From the NCBI GenBank assembly GCA_051294375.1, contig CM119267.1:4758225-4822224 (forward strand): 64,000 nt of DNA. Direction: 5' to 3'. The notes beneath the pieces are model-generated. The model saw only the letters and a program-made list of their open reading frames with translations. It made no database searches and was not told where the DNA came from. Every line of letters begins with the position of its first letter. Position 1 is the first letter of the stretch. Below, piece after piece: positions 25,374-40,290 of the stretch. The DNA is from Paraspadella gotoi (Eukaryota > Animalia > Chaetognatha). A program made the position numbers and the translations under genes.

Positions 25374-28300
25374 TACTATTAATTAAAATACAAAAACAAG
25401 TTTCTTTTCGTTAAATGGTCGTTAAAAGACAAAGATAAGTCCGGGTTATCAAAGAAGTGCAAAAAAAAAAAGAGGCTAATAAAATATCTCATAAAAGCAG
25501 AACACAAAAAAAACTTGACGGGTAACATTTCTCTCTCTCTCTCTCTCTCTTTTAATCTGTCTCCCTGGAATCGTCTGAAATATCCGCCTTATCTGGAGAC
25601 AGAGACTTCAAAACGCGTCTATAATCTTTACTGACAAATTGAATGGATTCCGACGCAACCAGATTCGCGCGGCCTTTCACCTTTGCGAACCGAGAAACGG
25701 ACTGACGGAGGTACGAACAGAGAAACTGACAGGCGGAGGGACAAACCGACACAGAGAGTCGACGTCACGCCGACTTTTCTACTGATATAAATACGGACGG
25801 ACGGATGAAAAAAACCAGCGAAGCGAAACTTTTATTTATTTCACGAATGGTGAGAAACGTGAAACTCAGACGAGCGATAAACTGAAAAGACAACGTGATA
25901 CTTACTCTTTTTTTTATTTATATATATTTTTTTGTCAGATTCGCTTCAATTTCTTGCTTTTCTTTCTTTCTTTCTTTCTTCCTTTCCTTTTCCTTTCCTT
26001 TCCTTTCTTTTTGCCTTTCCTCTTTCACTTTCTTTTCTTTCTTTCTTTCTCTCTTCTGTCTTTCTTTTACCTTTCTTTCTATTTTTCTTTCTTTCTTTCT
26101 TTCTTTCTTTTTCTTTCCTTCCTTTCTTTCTTTCTTTCTATTTCCATTTTCTGCTTTTTTTTCATATATCTTATTTCTTATCCAGTCATTTTTTTGCGTT
26201 TGAGTTTCCCTCGTTTATACTCACCCAGTTATCCTTCTCGTTTTTTTTCTTCTAGAAAAAAAAAAACCTTTACTATCCGGTTTATGTATTAAAGTGTAAA
26301 TTACATCCGGGATAATAAAACTAAAAAACTTGACTATAAAATAAAACAAAAGATTTCCCGATGCAAATTATAAAGAAAACCGGCGTCGGATATTTTATCA
26401 ATGAGAAGAAAGACGAAGAAACCGAACATTAATTAATTCGCGTCTAATTAATCTTTTAATCCTTTTCCTTTGTCTCGACTCTTGAAAAGAAGAGAGACGG
26501 TTTTCAAATTTTGCTTTAATTCTTAATCATTTAAAAATATCTGTTATTTTTTTTAAAATTTAAGCTACGAATCAGAAATGGAAATTTCATATAGAAATCA
26601 TTGAAAAAAGTTAGAAAGAGAGAGACAGAATCGAATTATGTTACGAAAACAGAGACGACGAGACGACAATGTAATGACGTCGACAACTACGACGGACGAC
26701 CAGCACGACGAAACACGACCGGCAGAAAGAAACCGTCTGGAAAATTCCGCTGACACGCAAAAAAAAAAAAACAGGAAAAGCGATTAAACAAAATACGAAA
26801 TGCCGAATCTGCCGGAAATGCCAATGGCGTTGTGCTGAAAACAAGGAAAGGGGAGAGAAGAGAGAGAGAGAGAAGAGAGAGAAGATGAGAGAAGAGAGAG
26901 AAGAGAAAGAGAGACGAGAGAGAGGANNNNNNNNNNNNNNNNNNNNNNNNNNNNNNNNNNNNNNNNNNNNNNNNNNNNNNNNNNNNNNNNNNNNNNNNNN
27001 NNNNNNNNNNNNNNNNNNNNNNNNNNNNNNNNNNNNNNNNNNNNNNNNNNNNNNNNNNNNNNNNNNNNNNNNNNNNNNNNNNNNNNNNNNNNNNNNNNNN
27101 NNNNNNNNNNNNNNNNNNNNNNNNNNNNNNNNNNNNNNNNNNNNNNNNNNNNNNNNNNNNNNNNNNNNNNNNNNNNNNNNNNNNNNNNNNNNNNNNNNNN
27201 NNNNNNNNNNNNNNNNNNNNNNNNNNNNNNNNNNNNNGAGCCAGTCAGAATTGGAAGCAGTCAGAACTTTAAACAGACGGCTTGACGGCCGTCGAAAGGG
27301 TTTTTCCAGATGTAATTGTTATGGTAATAATCTATTGTGCGATATTCATAGTCGAAAGTGCTTCTCGTTAGTCAATATAAGAAAATCCCGCGCGGTTTAA
27401 AACCATTGGCAAAATCTTTGTCTGAGTCAGTTAACCCATTCTCAAGCAAGTTAGGCCGAAACTTTTCTGAATAGCAACTGCGGTTCAGAGAAGATACAGG
27501 GTGGTTCATCTCTTTACTCATTACAAATAAATTTTAAGCACTGAGTGCTCGACAACGCTGTAATACAATGACAATAATCGGTAAGTTGAAGGCGTTGCGC
27601 CGCCGTGACTTTTATTTCGTGAATGCTTTGACAGATGATCACGTGACTACTTTTGGCTAATAATTATAAAAAAAAACTTGGTAGACAGCTGATGTACCTA
27701 GACCCAGTTTCTAATCTGGGATAATCATTAAATCACCCAAAATAAATCGGCAATGAAGAGTATCCGTCTCTTTTTTATAAAATGTAAAATAATATGCAAG
27801 TGATATTGGAAGCGAGGCTCGCTCAAAAACAAATGATCACTTTAAAGCCAAATATGATCGAAGCTGCCCAACACCAATCTTTGTTTATCTTCGTCCCCAC
27901 TTCCCGAACGCCTCCTAGCGCCACCTCCCAACGGACCCCCCCCCTCAAAACGATCGTAACCGAAACCGGAAACGAGGCGCCGAACGTCGATGACCCAGTG
28001 ACGCGTTGCGAGGTCCGCGGAATTTTCGCTGAATTCTTTACGAGACGAAAGACGGAGAAGACGCGCGAGGAAAACGCTTACGCGCGCCCCCTTGCTTCCG
28101 GAGGGATACGCCTCCCCCCCCTCTGCGGGGGACATTAAAACCAGACGACGTCGGGGAGGAAAGATGGAGAAGGAGGAAGAGGAAGAGGAAAAGGAAGAGG
28201 AAGAGGAAGGGAAATAGGAATAGATTAAAATCTCCAAGAAAGAAAGAAATAATGTTTTAAACCTCTAAGGAAGGAAAAATGCTCGTACTATAAATCTCCA

Positions 28301-31251
28301 AGAAAGAAAGAAAGAAAGATTAAAATCTTGCAAGAAAGAAAGACACAGAAAAAAGATTTAAATCTCCACGAAAAAAAAGAAAGATATAAAGAAAGATCGA
28401 TCAACATTTAATTATTCGAAAACAAAAATTTTTAAAAAAACCGCAAGTGGATGGAATTTAACAATAAAATATCACCATTTTACGTTATATGTCCCAGATC
28501 ATGTAAAAAACCTCAGGGCCGTGAAATTGGTCTCTACTCGACGTCGACTGCGGCAGCGTCGGCTGCGGCAGCGTCGGGCGGCTGTGGCAGGAGTATGCGG
28601 CGCGGCGAGACCGGAAGAAACATAAACGAGAAAGACGAAATTGCAGTTGCTGCACCTTTGCATTCTCCGCCTTTGGGAAAGGCCGAAACTTTAACTATGT
28701 TTTGAACGTCTCGACGGAGGGTGTCCGCTATTGGCACCGCCTTTTGGCCTCCTATTGTCTTAATGCCTCCTTTGGCGCCGGATCTTGCACTCGCCTATAG
28801 GCCTTATCTCAATCTCTCCTCACCTCAACTCTCTCTGCTCTTTAGCCGCCCTGCTGCCATTTTTCCAAGGACAAACCTACCTGGCCCCTCTCAACATTTC
28901 GCCCGCCATCTGTCCCGCTGGTGCTGCGACCATACACTTCACACTCATTCCCTAGAGATCCGTCAGCGCATCCTTGCCCCTCACCGCCCACTGCTCTTCT
29001 GTCCTTTTAACTAGTCTTTGCCACCCCCTCACCCTGCGGATCGCATATATCTCAGGCTGTACTCTCTCATTGTAAGCAACCACACCCCCCTACACGATGG
29101 CTTTCCTTGTTTCCGTTGCAAATCCGGGTTTGTTTCGTTTATTTTACTTTCAGCCCTGAGGCCACAACCTTTTAAAGCTGTCCCTCCAGTATCGTTTTGG
29201 CACCAACTTCTATTTCTTCAACCTGTCTTTTTGGGATATAAACAGGCACTTACGACTCGCAAAAGTGCTGCGGAGGCAGTATATTACCTACTCAGAGAAC
29301 ATCACCTCTTTGGCCATGGGACCGGTTTCAAACCTCCACCCGCCACCATACATCCATCCCACCCACCAACCCCCTACTCCTCATTCCAGTCAAACAGACG
29401 AACACAATTCTTCTTAACTTCTTTCGGTCGAAACGGACGAGTTTCCATAACAACGAGGAAACGTCGTTGTCGTCCGTCGTCCTTGTCTTCGTCCGTCGAT
29501 TTTCATGTCATCGGGTACGTTTGTCTTCGTCTCGGAGTCGTTCGTCTTCACTAGTCCGTCTAGTCCGTGCAACTATAACTCGTCGTACGTTCATAGTCGT
29601 CTTCGCCGTATCTTTCATCAACGTACGTCTTCTTTCGTTTCTTAGGTAATTGTCTTCTTCGTCGAAGTAGTCGTCTTAGTCGTCACTTCCGTTGTCGTCT
29701 TTCGTCCGTCGATCCGTCTAGTAGTCTTTTTGTCGTCGCCTCATCGACATTCGTCTTTGTCCTTTATGTCAGTATGGTTTTCGGTTCGTCGTCTGAACGG
29801 TTTGCCTCGTCTTTACGTCTGCGTTACTGTCATCGGAATTTTTCTAACTAAAAATTTCCATATATCTTTTGTCATTCGAATGAAGGCTGACGCAAGAGGA
29901 TGAGTTCATTGGCCACAATCTTGGCCGATAATTGCCGACACCAACGACAAAGATTTCAAGAAGGGAAAAAAATTCAAGTGATTTGGATTCCGTAATGAAG
30001 TGGTTGACAGACCATAATTTGTTTATCGGCCGGAATACTGAATGGCGAGGAATGTTGAAAAGGGAGAAAAGAAGAGTGAGAGAGAGGAGAGGAGAGAGAG
30101 GTAGAGAGAGAGAAAAGAGAGGGAGAGAGAGAGGAGAGAGCAGAGCGAGTGAAGAGAAAGGAAGAATAGAGACTGAGAGAGACAGAAAAAAGAAAGATAA
30201 GACAGGAGGGAGGAGAGAGAGAGAAGAGAGAGGAAGAGAGAAGAAGAGAGAGAGAGAGAGAGAAGATTGAAAAAAATACCAAAAAGGCGATAAGCCTCGG
30301 TACAAATTCAAATTCACTCAAATCCTTCAAAAAAGCCGATGTTTGCATTAGGTTCGATGTGGATTTTCGAGTATAAAACGCAGATTATTTTTAAATATTT
30401 ATTTTACTAAGTAATGTTTTTGATTCGTCGGAGAACAAAATGAATAGCGAGCACGAACGAGACGAACAAAGAGAGTTAATTATCATGATAAAATTCCTGA
30501 AAAATATTATCAAAATCATTGAGTTTTGAGATTTAGGCATTTAATATTCTAATTTAAAGTAAGATTTATCTTTGTACTGAAAACGTCCATTGATTTGGCG
30601 GGTAAAAGACCCGGATCTCCAAAAGAAGTGAGATTATAGACAGAATTAAGAATTGAAAGATAAAGATCGCATTAATCACAAATTGATACTCTTTAAGAAA
30701 ATTTAGTTAGATTTTTAAATATAATTTATAAAAACGAGAAGGGTTCATTTTTTCGTTTTTAGAAAACAAAAAAGTGCTCGTGACATCATCGAATTTTCTA
30801 TTCGAAGAAATTTAAGATAGTTTTGATGGACCACCACTCATTTTCAGTACTGATCTTTTGTTTTATTTTTCTTTTGGTCTTTCAACCGAGGCTAATTACA
30901 TTTTTAAAGGATGAGTTTTCGTGACGAACCCAAAGAAAATTGGAGTTTTTGTTCAGAGTCACGATTTTTGTATATAATTATTTCAAACTACCGGGACAAA
31001 ACCTCAATCTAGAATATCGTTACGAAGAAAAACAGTGCGAAAAAACCAAAAAGAAGAAGAGAAAGAAAAAAGGATTATTCTATATCCCACGGAGTAAAGT
31101 AAATAATCCCAAGAGTGAATGAAAAATCTAGGAGAAAAAAGCAAAACTTTTGGTTTTCATATTACGAAAAAATAGATGAAGCCCTTTTCGTTTTCTAAAA
31201 ACTGTTTTAATCAGGGCCTTACCTTTAAGATGCGTGCCCTATGTTTGATGT

Positions 31252-32094
31252 GAAGGCGTATGAACGTTATTCAATACGACGAATAATTTCTACAAAAGTC
31301 ATTATTCGCATGAAACTAAAATCTATTACCATCCATGATCCCATTAATTTTGTATAAAAAAATAAATTATTTGTATTTTTCTGTTTCAGTTAGTCCAATA
31401 TATTATCAAAAGGTGTATATGTGCTATATCTTATAATTCAATCACGAAATTTCAAATAGCTTTTTATGGATTCAGATTCATTAACAAATTCCCGTATCTT
31501 AAAATAAATTTAAAAAGAAAAATACGGCTTTTACACTAATTTTCGATTAAGTGGGATCTAAATTCTCAAGAAGTTCAAAAATTTTGATTAAAACATAAAA
31601 CATAAATTTCTAAATGAAATTTTAAATATTATATTAAAAACTTCCATTCTTCGTCTTTCGAAATTCAATTATTAGCTCTCCGGTCTACGAAAACTAATGA
31701 TAAAAAGGATTTAAAAAAATATAATATAAAAAAAACTGGATATTTATACTAATAATCTCAATAAAAATTATTTGTTCAACTAAATGGGCAATAATCAATT
31801 AGCTTGCTTTTCCTTATTTTTATACTTTAGGGTATCAAGAATGAATGCTTTAACTTTTATTTGAGGAATCTAAATCTCAAAATAAATTAATCTCTAGAAA
31901 AAAACTGTTTTGAATCAATTTACATTTATTGGTTGTACTAGTTATAAAATATGGGCCTACTAAGCGTAAATGTAGTAAATTAATTTTAAAATTTTTTTAT
32001 ATACATAAATGTTCATTAGTATAATGTTGTTCGATTCCTACTTTTAGAATTTAAATAATAAGTTAATATTAGAGAATTATTTACTACGACCTTA
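31252..32094 (+). mobile_element. Error-rich copy of the foldback MITE (equivalent of 39536-40144 in the duplicated block)
   Basis: 3' half aligns visually and ends TTACTACGACCTTA-ATGCGCA; the 5' part is noisy. Confidence 0.65.
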
Positions 32095-32200
32095 ATGCGC
32101 ATCTCCAGCGGAGAGTGAGTGCCCTGGTGTCTTCCGTTGGTGTAGTGTGTTGTTGTGAGAGGAGAAGAGGGAGAGATGAGAGAGAGAGAGGAGGAGAGAG

Positions 32201-32263
<63 letters not shown>

Positions 32264-32775
32264 CTGACGTTAAGACGTTATCTTCCTTGCTATCAAAATC
32301 AAGAATTAAAACTCATATCAAAACATTCTTACGTGTTTCAATATTTTAATCATCCAGAAGACATTAATAAACACTGTGCTCTAAAGAACAACATAAAAAA
32401 AAAATAGCTATTTCAACATAAAAAAAATATGCTATGTTTTCAAACCATAAAAAAATGAACCAAGATATATTAGATTTGAATCCGTTTTACCACTCAATTT
32501 GAGCAAAATATTTTTCTTCAAAAGAAGATAAAATTATATATATTCGTCCGTCTCCATGTAATAGAAGATTCGAATATTGGCAAAATAAACATAAAGGATG
32601 TACTTGTAAAAACCTTCTACGAATTGACTTATTACTAATCTACTATCTCCAGAGCATATGATATTCTCTTCAACAACTAATTTTCAGGAATCCGTTTTAT
32701 ATTGGATGTAGATGGAATGTTATTTGTTAAGTTACGTCGCTACCCCAAAGCGGAAGCACGGTTGTGTATTTACTT

Positions 32776-32846
<71 letters not shown>

Positions 32847-35800
32847 ATCTCTCTCTCAGCTACTCTCTCATCCTTCTCTCTCTTTTCTTCTCTCTCCTCT
32901 CTCTCTCCCTTTTCTTGCTCAATGTCTTTTCACCCGACGGGTAGAAGCTTTTCACTGTTGAAATAAGTTGAACAGGGAAGTCAACTAATCACACTCTCTG
33001 CGCGCTAGCCGCCGCTGCGCCGCTGCCGCGCGCTGCCGCCAGGCTAGCGCCCGCCGCCGTCGCGCCGCAGCCGCATGCGACCTTTCACCGCCCTCCCGCT
33101 GCCTCCGCGGGACCCCAGGCTGCAACGGTAAAGTAACTAAGCGGGGGTAAGACTGCGTTTCTAGAGTCGATTATAGTGAAAGAATGGTAGTCGCCCAATT
33201 CTTTTGTCTTCTCCCCCAACCCAAAACTGGTTTCCAGAGGGAATTTTTTGTGTCTCAGACTTCACACACAGTATTAAAAGGACCCCCAAACCCCTTAACC
33301 CCCTGACCTAACACCCCACTCCACCCGCTCCCCTATACCTGGATGAGACAAAATGACAAAATAAAAAAGACGGTGATCAAATGTTGTTGCCGCCGCAGTG
33401 ACTGCCTTATCACATAGTTTTCTCAGTTGACATGACATATGACGTGACATAAAATGACTACAATAAATTCTTCTTTTTAAGTAAATTTATGCCATAGCAC
33501 TGTAATCCAAAATTGTAAGTTTTAGGATTACTGAAGGCAGGCCGACTTGTTGTCCCTATACAATTTGAAGTTTTTTATTCGGGCCTAACAAAAGCAAACC
33601 AACTACTGAACAGAAATTATATGCCATTTTTACAACAAAGTGGGACAGGACCGACCGAAAAGTACTTAAAGAGATTGCTCCCGCGAGTACTGCGGCGGCC
33701 TAAAAAATGAAAATGAATCCAAATTTGATAAATATCGTCGGGTTTTATTTTTTTTCGTCTGGATTCCAACATAAGGGAAAAAATTTGAGTAGGAGGGGGG
33801 CGGGTGGGGGGGAGAGAAAAAGATGAACTGTGGCCGAGATGAATTGGAATCGAGGAAAGAGGGAAAAAAATGAATCGTGAAATGAGATATATATCGATAC
33901 CGAATCGACGAGTATTTCAGAAATAGACGGAGGTATTTTGACATACCCCACACCCCAACCCAGAAAAAAACAAAAAAAAAAAAAAGAAAAACAAAAAAAA
34001 AAAAAAGAAGACCCAACTCAAGGAAACGAAATTGAGCCGAAGAAATGCGGTTAGCCGATTGGGATAATCAGAAATGAAATAGGATTATCGAGAGACCGAG
34101 AGTCGACGACGATCGAAAATTTGTATGTTTTAGAATTTTTAACTTGATTTTGTCTCGGTGCAAATAGGAAAATAAGCAAATAGCAAATCAATAGCAAATA
34201 GCAAATAGCAAAACGAATACAAAAGATACAAAAATATAGCAAAACTTCCTATGACACAGAAGTTTGCAATAAATAAAAAGATAGGCGGATTCCACCCGCT
34301 GCCATGTTCAGGTTAGTATTTAAGATGTAATAAATTAATATTGTTTGAAGTAAAATCTTCAACGCAAATTCTTAACTGAATATTTCGCGCTTAGATTATA
34401 TAGATTATTTAGATTTCAATTTGATATTTTTTACGTCGACCCACGCGACGAAAAAATATTCTGAGGAGGAAGCTACGCTCGGAAATAAGAACATCATAAG
34501 TGGAATTGTCCGCGGGGTTTTTTTTTCCAGCTCGATTTTTCTCAGTCGGCCGCAGAAAGGAAACAAAGAGGATGAAAATTTTTTCTAACGATCCAACTGT
34601 TATCGCTATCAATCTATCCATTCATCTATCTATTCTTCTATCTATTTCTATCTATCTAATCTTATCTTATCTATCTCTAACTTATCTATTCATCTAATTA
34701 TCTATTCTATCTATTCTATATTCTATCTTTCTATCTCTATCTATCAATTCTTTATATTTCTCTAAATTCCAGGAATTCTAGCTCAATTCTCGCTCAACTT
34801 TGGGCTTCCCGGATACGATACCTATGCCCAATTTAATTCCCTCCAAAAATAACTAAAACAACAACAAAAAGTTATCAAGTGAAAATGATAAAATGGCGTT
34901 GGAATCGAAATAAAAACGACGTCTTAAGAACGAATGAAAAATCGCGAGTAAACTCGCGACGATGTTTGGGGAAAACCAAAAAAAAACAAAAAAACAAAAA
35001 CAACAAACAAACGCCTTCCAATTTCCCTTTTTTCCGTTTTTCTTTTCCTCATCACTCTTACACATTGAATACATAACCATAGGCAGGTCCTGAAAGCTTT
35101 CAATCAAGCTTCTTCACAGACTTCGTTTATTCACACCAAGAGGTACAACTATGAAAGGTATATTTTTCAACTTTTTTATTTTTTTCTTAAAAAAATTTTT
35201 CTTTCTATAATACTAGTAATACATCTCTACTTACTTCTCCTCATTTATACTTATGTGGGCTTCCTTCCATTTTTTCCCACCCTTTCTTTTCATACTTCTC
35301 ACTTTTTTTTCCCCTTAACCCTCCGCCAGTTCTCGGCGATCGACTAGGAATCATTTCAGTTTCCGCGTTGGCAACGCAGTTTCTGTCCCTCCCTCGGCAA
35401 ACGACGAAGAACTCCGCCCGGAGACGCGGTAAACAAAGTTTGCCATATGGCAACAGCGCGTCAACAGCCTCGGGCGTTGCTCTCTTCGATTCCAAGCAGA
35501 TCGATTCTCCCCCCCCCTTTTTTGCTGGTGAGTCATGCGCGGATTCGGCCACCGGGGTCGACATGGTGGCAGTCGGAGGGATTGACAGGTGCGGGTGAAT
35601 GTCGAATGTTGTCAGCAATTAGCTCCTTTGATTTCAACTCGCGCCCCCATAGCATCCTGAAGAAGGAGAGAAAGAGACGAATGAGAGAGAAGAGAAGAGA
35701 GGAAGTAGAGAGAGGAGAGAAACAAAAACAAAAAAAGGCCGATAAAAAAGATTTAGAGCGTTCAGGTTTTCTTTCGCCTCATTTCCACTCGAAGAATCAT

Positions 35801-38705
35801 TGGACTTATGGCTTTTCGGCAGGAAATCGCTGCTGACGTAGAGCCGAACGGTGGACGAACCGGCAGAGATCGAGAAAAAGCTGGCAAGGACTGACGTTGA
35901 CAATGAACCTGGCCTGAACCTTATTCCGTCGATTGGCTGACACTGACAGTTGACTCTACTAAAGCTTGACAGGGTTCGACAGAAGCCCATGAAGTGATCA
36001 ATTTGAAGATACGATCCACTGAATGTAAACTCGGATCGATCGAAAGCCGACTATGAACACCACTGAAGCCGTTACAGTGAGCGACTTGAAGCTGACAAAT
36101 GATGGTTTAACGCTGAAGTGACCGACCTGAAAAACTAACTGTGACAAATGTGGTCGACTGTGGTCGGCAGATAGCGGAGTGATTGTGTCTGTTTTTTGCC
36201 TGTCGCTTGTGGGTAAACCGAATGGAAGAAAAAGAGCGAAGCTTTTTTTGGTTTAAAGGAAAAAAGGTCTGTTTCCAAGAATGAACAATATGATCTTTTG
36301 TTCGGTTTAGCTGAGGGACTTTTATTAAAAGAGAGAAAGTTTATTATCAATTGAGTGTGAAAAACATGTTTTTACGTTAAGCTATTAAAGAAAGAGCAAT
36401 TATGCATTGGTACCATATCTTCTGTAGAGAGTACGTTTAAATTTTTTTTTAAAAAAATTTGGTTATCATCTAAACGTTATCTTATATTACAGTACCTTCA
36501 TTAGTGGTTATACTATGTTTCCGCCTTATTACCAATATTTCTTAATATTTCGTTTTCATCTTAAATCGTATATTTAATGAAATTGGTACAACCAATTATA
36601 AAAGAAATAAAAATTTTACCATTTCCATTAATAAATAAGACTATCTTGCCCCTGACTTTGGACCAGGACTTTGGTGGTTTAAGGCCTAGCTTCCAATCAC
36701 TCTTACAAGATAATTACATTGCAGGTGTCCTCGCAAGCTTTCAATCAAGACTCTCTCACAGTCCCTGTTATTTCTCCCAGAGTAAACTGGCTTCCCTACA
36801 ATGAAGTGGAAAATATTGGATTCAAAGAATGTTCAATGTATGAAAAAAAGACCACTTACTCCTTAAGTTTAACAGATCGGGGAATACTTATTCGTACTCC
36901 GCACTCGCACTTACAAAATAAAGGAGCTAGAAATTTTATGAAATTGGTAACAACCAATATAAAAAATTATTCCATTCATTTTAATAAATAAGCCTATGTT
37001 GCCCCCGTATATTATGACAGAACATTTACTTCGTTTACCCACCCTCTTATAAGGCCCTTATTTTTCGTACGATAGTGGATATAATATTCATGGAGATAAA
37101 ATAAAAACAATTGAACTACTTTCGAAAAGAGAGCAAAACCGACATTTCTTTCCTTTTTTTTTCCACTCTTTTTTCTCGAAGTTACGGGCCAATTAAGCGC
37201 TCATCTTCAAATATTTAATCAGCCATCCCAAGCGACAGAGGGAAGAAAAAAATATACCGCGCATTTTTCTGATCGAATTCAATCATTTGCTCTTAGGGAA
37301 GGATGTCTCTCTCTCTCTTCATGCTCGTCCGTCATCGCTTTCTCTCTCTCTATCTCTTTGCTGTCTCCTCTCATCATCGCTTCTTCGCCTCTCACTCTCT
37401 CTCTCCTCTCATCTCTTGACCCCATCCCCTTCACCACTTCGTCTCATCTCTCCTCTCTCTGCTTTTTCCATCCCTTTCCTTCTTCTCTTTTTCTTCAATC
37501 TCTTCTTTTATACTTTGTTCTCTATTCCTAATTCTCACTTTTTTTTCTGGCCTTTATTTTCCTTCTATCCTCCTCGTCTTCTCTACTTACCCTTCTATTT
37601 TTCTTCTCATTTTTTCTATTCGCTTTTCCTTTCCTCTCTTGGTCTCTTCTCTTTTCTTTTAATCTCTGTTTTCTGTTATTTCTACCCGACTCCTTAATTT
37701 ATCTCTCCTCAATCTATCCAGATCATCTCCATCCTCTCTCTATCTCTCACCCCCAGATCAACCGAAGTCCAAAATGCACAAGAGCTACACAAACCATACT
37801 CCCCACAATTCACAATCTCTAGAAATCAGAATCAGATCAGCATCATCACTACCAAAGAAAAGAGACTCACCAAAAAATCATAGAAACATCGAAGTCGTCC
37901 ATCTCGAACAAACACTCTCTTCTCAAATCCCCATCCCAAATTCATACCAAAACCACATGACCCAGAACTAACTACCTCTCATATTATCCGAAATCTCTAG
38001 ATCATTCTCCTTCATCTCTACTCCTCAAACCTCTCTCTTCTCCTCTCCCTGCTCTCTCTCTCTCTCCTCTCATCTACGCTTCAATTGCTTCGATTTCTGT
38101 TTGCACCCGCCGGACCGTTCTCTTCTCAACGTCGTTCCTTGTACTGCGTTACACCCAACACCGCCTTACAGAATCTAATTATACGTCGCTTTTTTGATTT
38201 TACCTCTTTGCGAGCACTTTTTTTCCTTCGCTAGCATGCAACAGAGACGACAGAACGAACTAACGCGTCTTGAGACATACAACAAGAACCAAGCCGGGAT
38301 TACAAGATTAATCTATAAATATGAAAAAAGAAAAAAATTGTCCTCTCTTAAAAGCATNNNNNNNNNNNNNNNNNNNNNNNNNATTGGCCGATAATTGCGA
38401 CACCAACGACAAAGATTCAAGAGGGAAAAAAATTCAAGGATTTGGATTCCGTAAATGGAAGTGGTTGACGCCATATTTGTTATCGGCCGGAATATGAATG
38501 GCGAGGATTTGAAAGTCACGAGAGAAAATGACGAGAGATGAGAGAGAAGATAGGAAGAGACGATACGTATCGAGAAGAGACGAGACACGGCGACGACGAA
38601 AGACAGACGACGAGAGAAAGAGAGAGCAAGAGAGAGGATGGAAGAAGGATGATAGAGCAGCAGATAGAAAGAAAGATAGAGACTAGGGAGAGAGAAGAAC
38701 GAAGA

Positions 38706-38744
<39 letters not shown>

Positions 38745-39535
38745 GAAAACAAAATACTAAAAAGGCGATAAGCTCGGTACAAATTCAACACTCAAATCCT
38801 TCAAAAAGCCGATGTTTGCATAGTTCGATTGGATTTCGAGTATAAAACGCAGATTATTTTTAAATATTTATTTTTTTAACATAATGTTTTTTGATCGTCG
38901 GGAGAACAAAATGAAATAGCGAGCAGAACGAGAGAACAAAGAGAGTTTAATATCATGATAAAATTCCATGAAAATATTTCAAATCATTGAGTTTTGAGAT
39001 TAGGCATTTAATTCTAATTTAAAGTAAGATTTATCTTTGTACTTAAAACGTCCATTTGATTTGGCGGTAAATGACCGACTTCAAAAAGAAGTGAGATTAT
39101 AGACAGATAAGAATTGAAAAGATAAAAGATCGCATAAATCACAAATGACTCTTTAAAAAAATTATTTAGATTATTAAATTATTTATAAAACGAGAAGGGT
39201 TCATTTTTTCGTTTTTAGAAACAAAAAAGTGCATTCGTTAGAAAATAACATTAAATATCGAAACTTTTTTTCCTTTTTTTTTCGTAAGAAATTTAAGATT
39301 GAGTTTTCGGTTTTGACGAGACCCACAGTTTTTTTGTCAGTCAACGGATCTTTTGTTTATTTTTCTTTTTCGTCTCTCAACAACAACAGAGGGCATCAGT
39401 CGATCGAAAATATTCGTCGAACCGAAAAAGGGAGAGAGAGATATTTATATCCAGCGGAGAAAAAACAGAGAGAAAAAAAATAGGACGAAAAAATAAGTTG
39501 TTTTAATGGTTTTAGGGTCCAACGTCTATGCGCAG

Positions 39536-40144
39536 TAAGGCGTAGTGAAAGTTACATGAAACGAAAATTCTAAAAGTCAATTATGAAACAAAATACCATC
39601 AGTGATCATTAATTTGTAAAAAAAAATTATTTTTTGTTTTTAATTTTCGCAGTAGGCTATATTATATATAGTACTATCCTTATAAAATCGAAAAAATTTC
39701 AAATAGGCTTTTCTTAATTTTGATTGCAGATTAATTCCTCGTCAAAAGTTGATAAAAGAAAAAATAAAATCATTTTTAAAAATTCTTTCATTAAGTGGGT
39801 TAAAAAATTAAAAAAACTATATTTAATATATAAAAAGTTTATTTCAGCTTAAAATATAGCTTTTTCTAATTTTTGACCTACTTAATGAAGGAATTTTTCA
39901 AAAAAGTTATATTCTTTTTTATCAACTTTTATGAGGAATCTAAATCTGCAAAAAAATCTTAGAAAAAACTGTTTTTGAAATTTAACATTTATTGGTTAGT
40001 ACTAGTATAAATATGCCTACTGCGTAAATTGGTAAAATTATTTTTAAATTTTTTTATTACATAAATGTTCATTAGTATAATGGTTGTTCGTTCCTCACTT
40101 TTAGAATTTTAATTAAAGTTAAATTAGAAATTTACTACGCCTTA
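39536..40144 (+). mobile_element. Same foldback MITE family, TSD ATGCGCAG
   Basis: Identical termini; TSD at 39528-39535 and 40145-40152. Confidence 0.9.
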
Positions 40145-40232
40145 ATGCGCAGTCTCCAGGGAGTGAGTGCCCTGGTGTTGTGTGTGTGTGTGTGTGTGTT
40201 GTGTGAGAGAGAGAGAGAGAGAGAGAGGAGGG

Positions 40233-40290
<58 letters not shown>

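Noticed and set aside
33001-33135. GC-rich poly-Ala-like exon with GTAAGT donor (also 41073-41136)
   Set aside because: One copy is noisy and the other is truncated by a gap; no partner exon identified
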